In this document: positions 1 through 11,905 of the stretch, piece by piece | How positions within the stretch are numbered: the stretch's first letter is position 1 | How the letters are laid out: the number at the start of each line of letters is the position of its first letter | Origin: Spironucleus salmonicida | Lineage: Eukaryota | Assembly (NCBI RefSeq): GCF_000497125.1 | Contig: NC_090602.1 | Location: 744,001 to 808,000 of the forward strand | Length of the DNA stretch: 64,000 nt | Direction of reading: 5' to 3' | The notes under the pieces: model-generated | What the model was told of the DNA's origin: nothing | Database searches by the model: none | Seen by the model: the letters and a program-made list of their open reading frames with translations, nothing else | Position numbers and translations under genes: made by a program

Positions 1-314
1 CAGATAAAATCTAAGTGAAACATTACTTTTAATCTTATTTAATAGGTAAACAAATAGTTATTAGCACTTTTACGATGAATAAATTTTAAAAATTATTATC
101 TGTAATCATAAATATGATTTTATTCAACCTAATAATTTATTAAATATGGTTATCTAGTTATAATAAATATTAAAATGAAATAGAGTTATTTCTACAATTT
201 ACAAGATTCAATACTAACATTGTTTGTATTCTCATATAAAGAACCTAGAGATGCCTGAATATAATATTAGATATTGCTAAAAATGCCATATCTAATTGAA
301 AAACTAAAGTTTAG

Positions 315-647
315 TCACACATATTCTTCCTCTTCCTCAATCCCTAGTAAATTCTATAGCCTCATTGTGCTCATTTTAATATAGTTGGCATTAAGTTTTT
401 CCTCAACAAAGCCATCCTAGAAATTATTCTCAAGAATATCTGTTAGTGAATTGTTGATACTCAAACCCCTAACCAAATCTGATTGATTGATCAATTTTGA
501 AGATTGTACCTCTTCAAGCATTGCAATAGAACCTTGCTTTCTCATTATCAATGATTTTGTGTTATTTCTTATAATTACCCTCTCCGCTGGTTGACTGATG
601 TTGACCACTCTCTAAGAGAGTATTTACGTTTGAGTACCGAGTCCCAT
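315..647 (-). CDS. Small orphan protein, 110 aa (MGLGTQTQ...EEEEEYV), possible N-myristoylation
   Basis: AAAATG start and TGA stop in code 6; extends track ORF 417..608 through TAA/TAG; divergent from the gene at 892. Confidence 0.6.
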
Positions 648-891
648 TTTTAAATTATAATTTACACAATATACTAAATAAGAATACCTGAATATCAAGT
701 CCCTCACCTAATATTCATAAACTAATAAGCGATATCACAGTCCTAACCCCCAATTTGTACCAATACAAAAACTAATAAAAAACATCAATACTTGTGGGAG
801 TATCATAATAACTAAAGTTAAAAATTCCAACTTCCCACTTACTTTTGATCCTATTTATATATAATATTATCAATAATCTTTCTACTAAATC

Positions 892-1143
892 ATGAGCCTT
901 TTTTCCTGCTGTAAAAAGAAAACCCGGCCGATGTCGATGGTGTTCTGCCCGTCAGCACCTGAGTTCGCAGGCCGCATATCCGTAGTATCCGACGACGGAA
1001 AGGACGTTCTCATGCGACACTTCGAGTATGAGGAGAATACAGACGATTTTGACACTTTCAAAGTTCCGTGCGAGGCCGATAAGCTTTTATAAAAGGTACC
1101 AGAAAAAGTAGAAAGCCGGAGCTCGGTATTGGACGATAAATGA
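892..1143 (+). CDS. Microprotein, 'EFAGRIS' family member 1 (83 aa, MSLFSCCKKK...)
   Basis: Track ORF continues through TAA to TGA at 1141-1143; shares motifs with ORFs at 31507 and 54976. Confidence 0.8.
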
Positions 1144-1697
1144 CCTACGGCAGCAACGAAATCCTAGATTTAATTTGGAAGTGAGCGGTGAGCTTTATGA
1201 TTTTCTTATCACAGCACCCATTACATCAGATATGCTCTACACAAGGGCGCTGTAGACGGTGGAAAGCCACATTTTGGCATTCAAAATCACATAGCTCGGC
1301 GTTCTAAATGTATAATAATCAATAAAATTAGTAAAGGAATTATATTCATTCTACGCGGTTGCGGGCAATTTTGCGACGTGCGAAACCGCGCGGAGCGGTC
1401 CCGGCAAGCCTTGCGATCTGCTGCGTGTTTTTAATTTTCCAAATTCGGGCTGTAGCGCAAAGTTTGTATTACCGGAAAATGCAGATATTGCGAGAAACCG
1501 AAAAACTTAAAAATCGCAATTAGTCCCTTAAATCAAATATAACTTATATTATGTTAAAAGCGGTTTTACTTGTTGGGTCCTTTAGACGTGCAATGTGGCC
1601 AATTGTATACTCCAGGAAGTTACATTTAAAAACATTAAAAAAGGAATCTGTGATAATACTCTAATTAGCGTATTTTACGATCCTGAAAAAATCAGAA

Positions 1698-1982
1698 ATG
1701 GGCGTCCTGACTACGGTGCTGACCACGGAGGATCCGGTCTAAAGCACGCTCCAGACTCTTCCCAGCTCCGCGAAGCTGCGCAAAATAGATGTATAGGCCC
1801 CCGGGGCCATGCAGCGCAATTAGACGTTTCTGATCAAGTCCGCATCGCCCATCAGCCCCACTGGGAGCAGTCTTATTCAGCTGTTAGATCGCTTCGAGCA
1901 TGTTGATAGCGTCTACAGCAACACGTCAACGGCGTTCAAAATTCTGGACTTGGAGGGAGTTTTTGAAGTGAAAATGGTGTGA
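1698..1982 (+). CDS. Microprotein, MG[VA][LV] family (94 aa, MGVLTTVLTTED...ILDLEGVFEVKMV)
   Basis: Open in code 6; N-terminus matches those at 29416, 30792, 33306 and 54426. Confidence 0.7.
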
Positions 1983-2273
1983 TATAATGGTGGAAAAGCG
2001 CAGAATAAATGGTGTATATGGTGTCAGATTCGTGATGTGCATCGGTGCAGTAGGATGCTCTCGTACAGGATTCGTATCTCGCAATTTCAGATTTGATCTT
2101 TTTCTATTTTAATTATAGTTAATATAATACAATAATATGAATTAAGTTATTTACCATTCCTTTTACTACAATATTTCATATATTCAATATTAATATATTT
2201 AAAATGCCATTTGATATTTTCTTTCCCTTGGATAAAACCATACAAAATTCATACTAAAATACTAAAATCTCTT

Positions 2274-3368
2274 TCACTTGACCTGTGCCTTCAGTTTCTC
2301 GTACGCCGAAAATAGCAAATTATATACCTCGATGAACCCCTGCGCCCAGTTTTCCTGCAGTCCATGCGGAATTTTGCCGTTAGCCTTCTTGTAGAACTGC
2401 ACCGCGGAGAGCGACTTATCGTAGAGTTCCTTGTAGCTAAATAGACACTTCTAAACCTCGCGCTTGAAGAGCTTGATCCCGCTCTGGTCACGCGGCACGA
2501 CCTTCTGTAGCTGGTTCGTCGCCTGCTGCTTGATCTGAATGAGCTGCATCAGCAGCGGCCTCACGATTGGGTCGTCCACTGAGAGCTGCTTGCTGTCGAT
2601 CTCGTCCGCGACGTACTACTTCAGAGCCTTGTACTCCATGTAGAGCGGCCTCAGCTGCTCCTTGTCCTCTTTGTTGGGCTCTCTGCCGAATTTCTTCTCG
2701 AATTGCAGGTTGAAGTCCCTGAGAACGTTTTTCAGGATTCCGCGGTAGTCTGAGAGCATTTGTACCTCCTTTTCCTTGCTGATACCTTTTTAGACGCTTT
2801 GTTACTTTCCCATGACGCTCACGTTCTTCTGCTTAACTTTACCATTTTGGGCGTCGATTGTAGGTATATTTCCCCATTTTCGCTCTAACCTGACCATTCT
2901 GTTGCATCTTTTCAGATGTTTTTCAGTTAGTGGGAGTGAATCATCGTCCCAGACTAATATCAGCGATTTGACAAAGGCATGCCTGCCTCTTAAGCTTGCA
3001 AGCACAACTGTGGATGCCCAAGCCTCTAACTGCGCACGTGATGCTGTTTATCGATCTTGGAGGATAAATGGCGTTTTTCTGATTTATTCGATTGGAATTA
3101 GAGATGCTGGTGTGCTGATGACTGGTGTTGATGTTGGGATAGGGCGTGGAGCTTGTGGAAGTTGAATCGGCGATGAGAGTAATTTGACAATAAGATCAGA
3201 TAAAAGTGGAGTCGTACTAGTTTGTATTAGTTAAGGCTAAGATAAAGGACGCTGTGACTAGGGAGTATAATTTTTAACAGCAGTATCAAAAATAGTCGAT
3301 ATACATTCACTAGTCAAGGTCAAAATTGAGTCAAACTAAGGTGATGTTAAAATTTCAAACGGAATCAT
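2274..3368 (-). CDS. Protein with FAM13-like C-terminal domain (364 aa)
   Basis: Continuous code-6 frame; LKNVLRDFNLQFEKKFGREPNKEDKEQLRPLYMEYKALK resembles the FAM13 C-terminal repeat; Pro/Thr/Ser-rich N-terminus. Confidence 0.7.
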
Positions 3369-3444
3369 TAAATATTGGAGTGGTTTATAGTAGGTTCTTG
3401 AATATAATATAATTAGTTTTAATATAAAACCGCTTCAAAATAGA

Positions 3445-3603
3445 ATGAAACCTATCACCCGGCCAACATCTTCTCTGCAAAAATTAAAAGATATTAACGT
3501 TTTAAATAACATTAATACTTCTCCTACCTTTATAACATAGTATGAAGATCTAGAAAAAGATGACCTAGGTAATATTTCTGGCTACGTCAAATCATTTAAA
3601 TGA
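3445..3603 (+). CDS. Putative 52-aa microprotein (MKPITRPTSSLQK...)
   Basis: ATG to TGA frame, divergent from 3368; no recognised homology. Confidence 0.4.
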
Positions 3604-3755
3604 TATATTCAACATTAGTTCGTTAATTTAGCAAATATATGACAATTGATTTGTATTAGTTAATTATTGTGCTTACGTGATTTAAAACTGTAGAAGTGAG
3701 TTAGCATCAATATTATATATTATATAACCATATTTTGTTCCTTAAAATTTCATAA

Positions 3756-4196
3756 ATGTTACCCTCACCAGATGTATTTCTAAACTCTTTTAATTCTTCT
3801 ATATTGGGAACTCCAGAAGCAGCATACTAATGCTAGTCACCAACTGCATATAATTTTGGGTTATGCCAATAAACACCTATGGCCTTTTAATCACCTAAGC
3901 CATTAGAAACTCCAGCCCCAATAGGCAAAGATTAAATATAATAACTTTAAAACTAAGTGATACAGTTATAGAATGTTCTTAAGTAAACCCAATAAATTAA
4001 ATCTTAAAAGAAAAAATCTGTAGTATCGTAAACTGCTTTGGAATAGCTTGTCATATCCACAGTTGATGTAGAGTTCACGGAAATGAAGGAAAGAATAATC
4101 AAATAGATGGATTAAGAGCATAGGTTAAGAAGAATGGAGAGTATGATGTCTGAATTGAAAATTAGTTTTGACAGCATTAGTGAATTCAGCAAATGA
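3756..4196 (+). CDS. Hypothetical protein (146 aa), SP/TP-rich N-terminus and coiled-coil C-terminus
   Basis: Open code-6 frame MLPSPDVF...SEFSK. Confidence 0.6.
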
Positions 4197-4251
4197 TTTT
4201 TTTAAACGTTCAATAGTGCTATACTCGAAAAGTACCCACTCCAAATCAATA

Positions 4252-4908
4252 ATGGCTGACTTTGAATAACCTAGTTACTAGCCTTAACCTGAAGTTTAAC
4301 CGGATACCGAGAAACAAGCACCACCACCTCCACCTGATTATTTATTAAATACAATTAATGAAACTGTTGCATAGACACTTTGGCGCGATTTGAAGTTAAT
4401 TCTTATTCGTACTTGGTAAGTTGTTTGGGTTTTTAACAGATCTAGCAATTTAGAAGTTTATGAATAATATGATCTCTTTGGCCCATTTTTCTATGGCCTT
4501 ATATTTTCTATCTCACTTGAGTTAGCTGCAACTATTTCTAATATGACTGTAGTATGTATGAGTGTAATATTCATAGGCTCTCTTATAGTAGCACTAAATA
4601 TCGCTGTTTTAGGTGGTAAGGTTTCAATTTTAGGTACTATTTGTCTTATAGGCTACTGTATAGCACCACTATCATTTGCTGCTTTAATAGTATTCATTTT
4701 AACACTGTTTTAAGGATTAAAGGCGTAATGGTATATGGGATTAATTGTAGCATGCCTTGCAGCATTTACAGCTGTATGGGGACTCTTTGCTGCATGGGGA
4801 TTCTTTAGAAATGTTATTATCCCTGGTAAATAATTTTAAAGTGTTTATCCAGTATTGTTTTTATTCGCCGTATTAGCTATGTTCCTTGTGTTTGGTATGA
4901 TTGCATGA
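4252..4908 (+). CDS. Yip1-family (YIPF6-like) membrane trafficking protein
   Basis: TINETVAQTLWRDLK, YDLFGP, LGGKVSILGTICLIGYCIAPL and VYPVLF motifs; about 5 TM helices; absent from the ORF track. Confidence 0.9.
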
Positions 4909-5055
4909 TTTACTTTTCTTAATTTTATAATTTTGATTTTAGTTAGACTAAGCACTGCTTTTTTTAAATAAATATTTTTAATTTAAAAATAAAACTTAAT
5001 AACCATTACTTATTGATACTTTAATTTTCTATTCCTACTAACTCTATATTTTAGA

Positions 5056-5289
5056 ATGTCTGAAACACTGTTACATAAAATTAATCAACTCGTTACTATC
5101 ATTAGTAATGAAATTGTTGACGTTACAGCTCCGTTGGTAATAAAATCTAGTCAACATGGTTAAAAAGAATATTTACCAAGAAAATAGGAGCATTGTTATA
5201 ATTATCGTACTGTACACTTAAGATATTACTAGTAAAACTTTTCAGGGATTAGAAATAGCTGTTAAAGGAGATCATTATTAAATGAATGA
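5056..5289 (+). CDS. Putative small protein (77 aa)
   Basis: Open code-6 frame only. Confidence 0.3.
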
Positions 5290-5560
5290 GATAATTTTTA
5301 CAATATTGTAATTTTAAAAATAATTATATAATTGTATTCTTAGTTTAGTTTTTGTAATAAAATTAAAGGGCATCTATATATTGACTAGGCTACTATTTAG
5401 AATACTTATATTTATATTTTTATATATAAACATATTACTGTCAATTTTGAAAATTATTATAAATTTTATTTACTATTTATTATTAAGTGTTGGTTGTCAA
5501 TTAAATAATCGAACTGTATTAAATATTACTCACAATATAAACTGCATCAATCATAATTCA

Positions 5561-5758
5561 TCACTTGGCGCGCTGGCTGGCCTCGAAGACGGTCCCGCCG
5601 CTGCCGCTGCCGCCGAGCCCGCCCAGGGGCATGGTGGCCACGCGCGTGACCTGGGCGGTGTAGGGCACCAGGCCGTTCTGGTTCTGGAGCTGGGCGAGGT
5701 CGCGCGCGAGGGAGTAGGTGGGCAGCTTGAGCAGCTCCTGCTGGCCTCGGGCAGACAT
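5561..5758 (-). CDS. GC-rich microprotein (65 aa, MSARGQQELLKLP...)
   Basis: Strong GC3 bias; C-rich CCTCCAAATG start context; AAGTGA stop. Confidence 0.6.
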   Translation of the reverse strand: MSARGQQELLKLPTYSLARDLAQLQNQNGLVPYTAQVTRVATMPLGGLGGSGSGGTVFEASQRAK

Positions 5759-5928
5759 TTGGAGGATAGCCCGCCTCTGGGTATAATAGTTATGCTTTTG
5801 TAGTGTGGCCAAAATATAACTGCGCCCTGAGTACCCCATTACCAAGTAGCTGAACCACAAATGTAGAATTCCTTCTCGTATCCATTCAGCATGCGGCGCC
5901 GGTCTTGGCCAAGAGCGGCCGTCGCGAA

Positions 5929-7116
5929 ATGCACCACGTGATGCGCGCTATCTGCCTCCTGCTGGCCGACACCGCGGGCGTGTGCGCCGTCGGGTGCCTG
6001 CTCCCGCTCTGCTACTACCTCGTGCTGGGGCTCAGCGCGCGGAACCTGCTGCTGTACGCGCCGACCATCGCGACGGAGGTCTCGGTGCAGTTCGTGTACT
6101 TCGTCAACCTCTGCGCCCACCCCCCTCTCGCCGCCTTCCTCCGGCGCCGCTCCCGGACGGCCGTGTTCCTGCTGCTGCTCGCCGCGTTCCAGGCGCTCGG
6201 CTTCGCCTCCACCGGGCTGCAGCTGCTCGCGCTCCGCTACGTGTACGCCGGCTCCGGGGCGGACGTGTGCGCGATGGTCGGCTTCGGGCAGCTGGTGGTG
6301 TTCCTGGCGATGCCCCTGCACGACTTCCTGCTCGGGGGCCGCCTCACCCGGGGCATGGACGGGTTCTCGGCGAGCGTGTTCAGCATCCTGGCGACCAAGC
6401 TCGTGTGGGCCGTCTTCCTGGACCGCACCACGCGCCCCGACTCGCACCTGGTCCGGGTCGCGGGCTTCCTGCAGTTCTGGCCCATGGTCATCCTGATGCA
6501 CGACGGCGTCTTCCGCAGCTACCCCGCCGGCGACCCGCTGCAGCACTTCGGCCTGCACTTCGCGGGCGTGAACTTCATGAGCGCCGTGCTCTTCGCGCTC
6601 ACCTTCGCCGTGGACGCGGTGGTGAACCGCAGCCACTACGCGGGCGGCTTCCAGCCCAGCGTGCACGGGCTCTTCAGCTGGCAGTGCGCGACCGTGCTGT
6701 GGCTCGCGAGCCAGATCCTCGGCGCCCGGCTATACCCGCTCCTCCCCGTCCCGTCCCGGCGCGGCACCGCGTTCTGGGCACTCTGGGCCGCCGGCAGCGC
6801 GGTGGTGCTGGTGCTGTTCGACGTGCTGCTCGTGCTCTTCTTCAACCTCGTCGTGTTCGACCTGGTCATCATCGGGGTCCTGGGCGCCGTGGACGCTGAC
6901 GGGGTGGCCTACAGGACCGGGATGGACCAGTGGGGAACCAGGCCCATGTTCTTCTTCGGCTTCGGCACTGGCATCATCTACTGCCTCTACCTCACCGCAG
7001 CCGGCCTCAGCAAGTCAGGCGCGGCTGGAGCGGACTGCGGGCCGAGCGACGTGGAGGCGGCAGAGGATCTGGAACTGGAGGAAACCGGTGGCATGGAGGC
7101 CGGCGTTGCGCACTGA
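5929..7116 (+). CDS. Polytopic membrane protein, MFS-like transporter candidate (395 aa)
   Basis: About 11-12 hydrophobic segments, FFFGFGTGI, acidic tail; very GC-rich with no TAA/TAG codons. Confidence 0.7.
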   Translation: MHHVMRAICLLLADTAGVCAVGCLLPLCYYLVLGLSARNLLLYAPTIATEVSVQFVYFVNLCAHPPLAAFLRRRSRTAVFLLLLAAFQALGFASTGLQLLALRYVYAGSGADVCAMVGFGQLVVFLAMPLHDFLLGGRLTRGMDGFSASVFSILATKLVWAVFLDRTTRPDSHLVRVAGFLQFWPMVILMHDGVFRSYPAGDPLQHFGLHFAGVNFMSAVLFALTFAVDAVVNRSHYAGGFQPSVHGLFSWQCATVLWLASQILGARLYPLLPVPSRRGTAFWALWAAGSAVVLVLFDVLLVLFFNLVVFDLVIIGVLGAVDADGVAYRTGMDQWGTRPMFFFGFGTGIIYCLYLTAAGLSKSGAAGADCGPSDVEAAEDLELEETGGMEAGVAH

Positions 7117-8100
7117 GTGGCGCGGGTGACAGTTTGTTGAGAAATCCTAATGATATTATTTCTTTATTTATAGCTTCATTTTCATATAAACCTAATACAC
7201 ATCAAAAATGTAATGCCAAAACTACTATTTATTAAAAATCCTATTAAATTATTATAAATATAATATTACAGTCATCATGTATAAAAAATAAATGAAGTAT
7301 GTGGTATTGCAAAAAAATAGAAATTTTATTATAATAAATAAATAATTTTTATTGTATACAATAATTTAATGTATTTAGTTGGTATTGTTAGACTTAATCT
7401 ACAGAAAATTTTGAATATATAACCATTATAATACAAGGTATAAAACTAAGTTCAAAATGATTGATGCTATTTAACCAACTCTTTATTCTAATGATAGTAT
7501 TGAAAAATAAACATATTTTGGATATAATTCACTAAATTATAGTAATAAAATTTATTTTTATAAAGTAAATTGCATACTTAATCTTAAAAAGTTATAACAA
7601 CAATACCACAATTAATCCAGATAGAAGTAATGGTAACTAAACTAGCAACTCCTCCAGTTTTAGTATCAAAGAGAAACATACTTATTTATACTGGATATAG
7701 TAATGAATCTTTTGATTTGTAAAAATAGATTTTGAATGATCATGTGAATTCCTATGTTTACTTTAATTATCTTATTTCAGTTGTGTCTACGCTTAAAATC
7801 CTGGAATTGAGGTTTTTATCAATAAAAATACAAAGTTTAGTGACTGGTAATTGGCCTTTTTTATGAGTATAATCAAGATTTATTCAAGCTTAAAATTTGA
7901 ATCTATAATTACTAGTAGGAAAGCAAAGAGTATCATTATGTATTAAGCTTCTTCGATAAATAGTTAAAAACTTGTTAAGTTATAAAATTAAAAACTATTG
8001 AAATGTATATACAATTTGAAGTGACTAATAATATATACTATCAATACAAAAAATAAATGCTATTATAATCCTGTTATAATTATATGTTGATTTTTCTTGG

Positions 8101-8120
8101 TATATATATATATATATATA
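8101..8120. repeat. (TA)10 microsatellite
   Basis: Seen directly. Confidence 0.9.
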
Positions 8121-8528
8121 AGACTTTGCCAATGTATAATATCTTCTTAACTAATATATAACAAGAGGTACATAAATTAAGAGTATGCATTAAAGCATAA
8201 TTCGAAAATTATTCTTAAAAGTTATATAACACAGTTATATGTAAAACGCAAAAATCATTATTACTAAACTTCTGAATTTTCTAATAACGAAAATTTCTGA
8301 GCAATTATATTCTTAAAGTTAGAATTCGTTCGAATAGCTGATATAAAACTAAAAATTCTTCAAAAAAACATCAAAATATTATTTTTCGCCTTCTAAATAA
8401 ATAATTTGGTGCCTATTTCTTAGAATTTAGATCAAATTACAATATCATGTTATTCAGTTATTTAAAAAACTATTGTAAGCATATAATAGTATACTATTTA
8501 AACACAGCCAATTTTACGAACCTAGATA

Positions 8529-9365
8529 ATGGTGTAATTACCAGTGTCACCAATTCACTTTGCACCGATAATCTATTTGACCCCTATTATCTTCTTAATC
8601 CGGCTTAGCATTGTTAATATGACAAAATCACTGCTCCTAAATCGTTATTCATTAAAAAGATCATAAAAAGCCGCTGAATCTTTTTACTACCTTATCCAAT
8701 ATACTGTTCTATTTCTTTTTTCGAAACATTTAATCAATAAAACTGGAATAGCTCCATTTTCATTAGAAAATTTCTTTTAGTTTTATCCATAACGTTTACA
8801 CTTTGATTCTTTATACTCACTTTTCTTTTCTACTGAAATATCTGTGTATTTAGTTTCCTTACTTTTCCTTAAGCTGGAGACTAGAACTGAGAATACAGAC
8901 TTTAAAGAAATGATATTACACCATTTTATAACATTTTCTCTTATTTTTACAGGATACTCTCGAAGGCATTTTGAGTATTCCCTTTTGGTTGCGAATCTTC
9001 ATGACGTAACAGACCTCTTCTTAGAATCTAGCAAAGTGTTGAATTACTTACTAGGCGAACCGGTTAGTGTTATCAGTTTCGTTATGTTCGCGGTAGCATT
9101 TTTTATTACTCGTATAATAATATTTCCATGCTATCTAATTCTCCCAATTGTCAACGGAGTTGGTAGCACATACATGCATAATGACGAAATATAATTTAGT
9201 TTCATGGAGAGATTGTGGTTTGTGGTAATTCTCAGTAGCTTATGGGCAATTGACTGCTACTGGATGTCATAAATTGTTCGGATGATACGTGGTATGGTAA
9301 GGTTAGAAATACACGGAGATATTAGAGATAGAGAAGAATGCAGCGGTGCCTTGAAGGATGACTGA
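8529..9365 (+). CDS. LAG1: Ceramide synthase (Lag1/LASS, TLC domain)
   Basis: Lag1p motif DFKEMILHHFITFSLI...LHDVTDLFLESSK; KAAESFYY; C-terminal GDIRDREE. Confidence 0.92.
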
Positions 9366-9476
9366 GAGCAGTATATTTAAATTTAAGGGATCAAAGTGGG
9401 TGTTATTTCGACATTTCCTGTAGAAACATGAAACGTTAATAATATCGTATTATTTTTAATATATTTCTGTTTTTAA

Positions 9477-9695
9477 ATGGATAAAATAAAACGTAACTTG
9501 TCGCAAATACGTAATATGTCCCAGGAGAACTTTCAAGCTGAAATAATAGAAACTAATGCCCTTACAGCCCATTATATCTAGAAAACTGCGACGAACACGA
9601 AATGCAAGCGAGACAGAGTGTACACATCCAATGAAAATATCGTCATGGCCCCAACCCCTAAAAATGCAAAAATGATGAATTTTGTAATTGAATGA
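9477..9695 (+). CDS. 72-aa microprotein, 'NALTAH' family
   Basis: Gap-free alignment with the 72-aa ORF at 43208/63564. Confidence 0.8.
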
Positions 9696-9760
9696 GGCTT
9701 AATATTTTCAGCTTAAATTGCAGCCACAGCTTTTTTTGAGGCGTTTTACGAACCACTAGA

Positions 9761-10039
9761 ATGGAATTAGAGGAATATGTAATGTGCCAAAAAGCTAATT
9801 TTCAGCTATAATTGCAGAAAAGAGTACTAGCAGTATGCATATTTTTTATCCTTTTAGTTACATCCTTGCAAACTATTTTTTACTCAGAAAGCTCGCTGCT
9901 CTGGTTGTGCGCGGCTATGTTTATCCCAAATATTGCTTTTTTGGGCATAGCAATTACAGCTATTATAAGGATTGTGTCTAGTAAATCGGTAATAAGGAGA
10001 CTTAATGAGTCGTAGGAACCGTTCCTTCAGGCAGACTGA
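9761..10039 (+). CDS. Small two-TM protein (92 aa)
   Basis: Two hydrophobic helices and a basic tail; code-6 extension of track ORF 9812. Confidence 0.6.
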
Positions 10040-10248
10040 GGTTTATATGAAACAAATATATAATAATATTTTTAAAAATAACGTAAACCAAAAACTTCAG
10101 ATTTGATAGAAAAGATAAATCGTATACTTTTATTTTACCAACTAAACAATAAAACAAGTAAAATTTTATTTATTTTATTTATTTTGTGTTTACGAAATAT
10201 TACTTAAATATATTAATTTAATTATATAATAATATTATTAATTTAAAA

Positions 10249-10515
10249 ATGGACAAAATAACTAAAATCGCTTTGGGATTGTTCTTAGTGACCACAAGTA
10301 TTGCTGCATCTGTATCGATTTGGTATTATACTCAAAATAATTTTCTAGTTTTACTTGCTATTGCAGTCATTTTCGCGAGTGCAGACTTGCTGATTTGTTG
10401 CTCAATTTTAGCTAGGTCATTAAAAGGTAGAAAAATGGCGATACGGAATACTGTTATCACTGATTTAATGATCGAAAGACGGAGTTTGCTAAATAACTAA
10501 GTTATTATATAATGA
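10249..10515 (+). CDS. Small two-TM protein (88 aa)
   Basis: Same helical-hairpin layout as the upstream neighbour. Confidence 0.6.
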
Positions 10516-10995
10516 TTTATGGGCTTTGTAGTTTACAATATTATCTGTGAACATAGCCAATTTTTGTATATGAGAAATATGCTCCGCAGAATATGATGAA
10601 TTTATCTTAAATTTTATTACGTAATGAGTATGTTAAACCATAATGATTTGAGCATATCGTAATTATAATTAAAGCCTATATTTTGTCATTAAAAATTAAA
10701 TTTTAACTTTTTAAAAGTATGTTAGTGTTTTATTAATAAAATTGTTATCAGATTACTTATTCATAGTAAAATTATTACATTTATCTAAGGAATATATTTC
10801 CAGAAACAAATCATAATCGTAGTTATATGAAAATCTAACGATTTAAATCTGTAAAAAAGATAACACTAAATATTCTAAAAAATAAATTAGTTATTCTATA
10901 TTAATTGAATACTGTTTTTACTTAATTTATTCTATGTACTTTGATAAAATTTAAACTACTAATTAACTAAAATATTGTTATTATTTCCGTCAAAA

Positions 10996-11271
10996 ATGGG
11001 CATAACCTCAAGCTCCGTCAATGAGCTTCCAAATCTCTATGATAAATGTGAAACATCATCAACCAATTAAAAAATAGTTTTATAATAAATTAATCCAAGT
11101 AATACCCGTAGTTTACCAAAGCTAGGGCCATAACATAGTAAAATATCATTAACATTAAATTCACAAAGTTTTCTAATGGGATAACCTCCTAAAAGAGAAC
11201 TCTCAGTTGTTATGAGATTATGTCAGTTTCAGACGTTGGTTGATTGTTGTGATAGTGATGAGTTTGTATGA
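10996..11271 (+). CDS. Small protein with MGxxxS myristoylation-type N-terminus (91 aa, MGITSSSV...DCCDSDEFV)
   Basis: AAAATG start; open code-6 frame. Confidence 0.6.
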
Positions 11272-11905
11272 TAATCGGAATGCTAAGTATAAAATTTATC
11301 ATTATCACAGCTAAGTGTTAATATAGATATGAATATTTTAACCTTTACAAGTTGATAAGATACAACATATATATTTAAGATTTGATTATAAAAGTAAGTC
11401 CGAAATATAATATTAAGTGAAATGTAACTTATTTTCCTGTTACCTACCAATTTATACATTTATATTTTATTTTTGTCTAGAGCTTAAAATGTCAATCGAT
11501 TTATAATAATTCTATTCATTATGATGTAATTACTATTATTGAATAAAATTATAAATTATAAAACCAGGAAACTACATTAAGTAATTGTGAACGATAAAAC
11601 GGATGTTTGACATCAATAAAATCGAATTTGTATCTACAAAGGTGATAATAATATAAAAATATAATATAGAGTCTTGAAATCACTTAATTGTGAACCGTAT
11701 TTGGTAGTAAAGATCATTATTGTTTGATATTACTTAATATTTGTAAAAACAATTCTAACTCTATTCTTAAGTTAATTAAATAAATCGTAATATTTTGAGA
11801 AACTTTGAGTAGTATAATATAGATAATGAATTACTTAATCCAAAATTTAATGCATTGATGGCTTTATATATTAATATTATTTATTTACGTTCCACAGATT
11901 TAGTA

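Noticed and set aside
5839-6899. Long overlapping and antisense ORFs in GC islands (also around 31887-32766, 37583-38517 and 57329-58925)
   Set aside because: Shadow frames caused by extreme GC3; only one frame per locus has protein-like motifs
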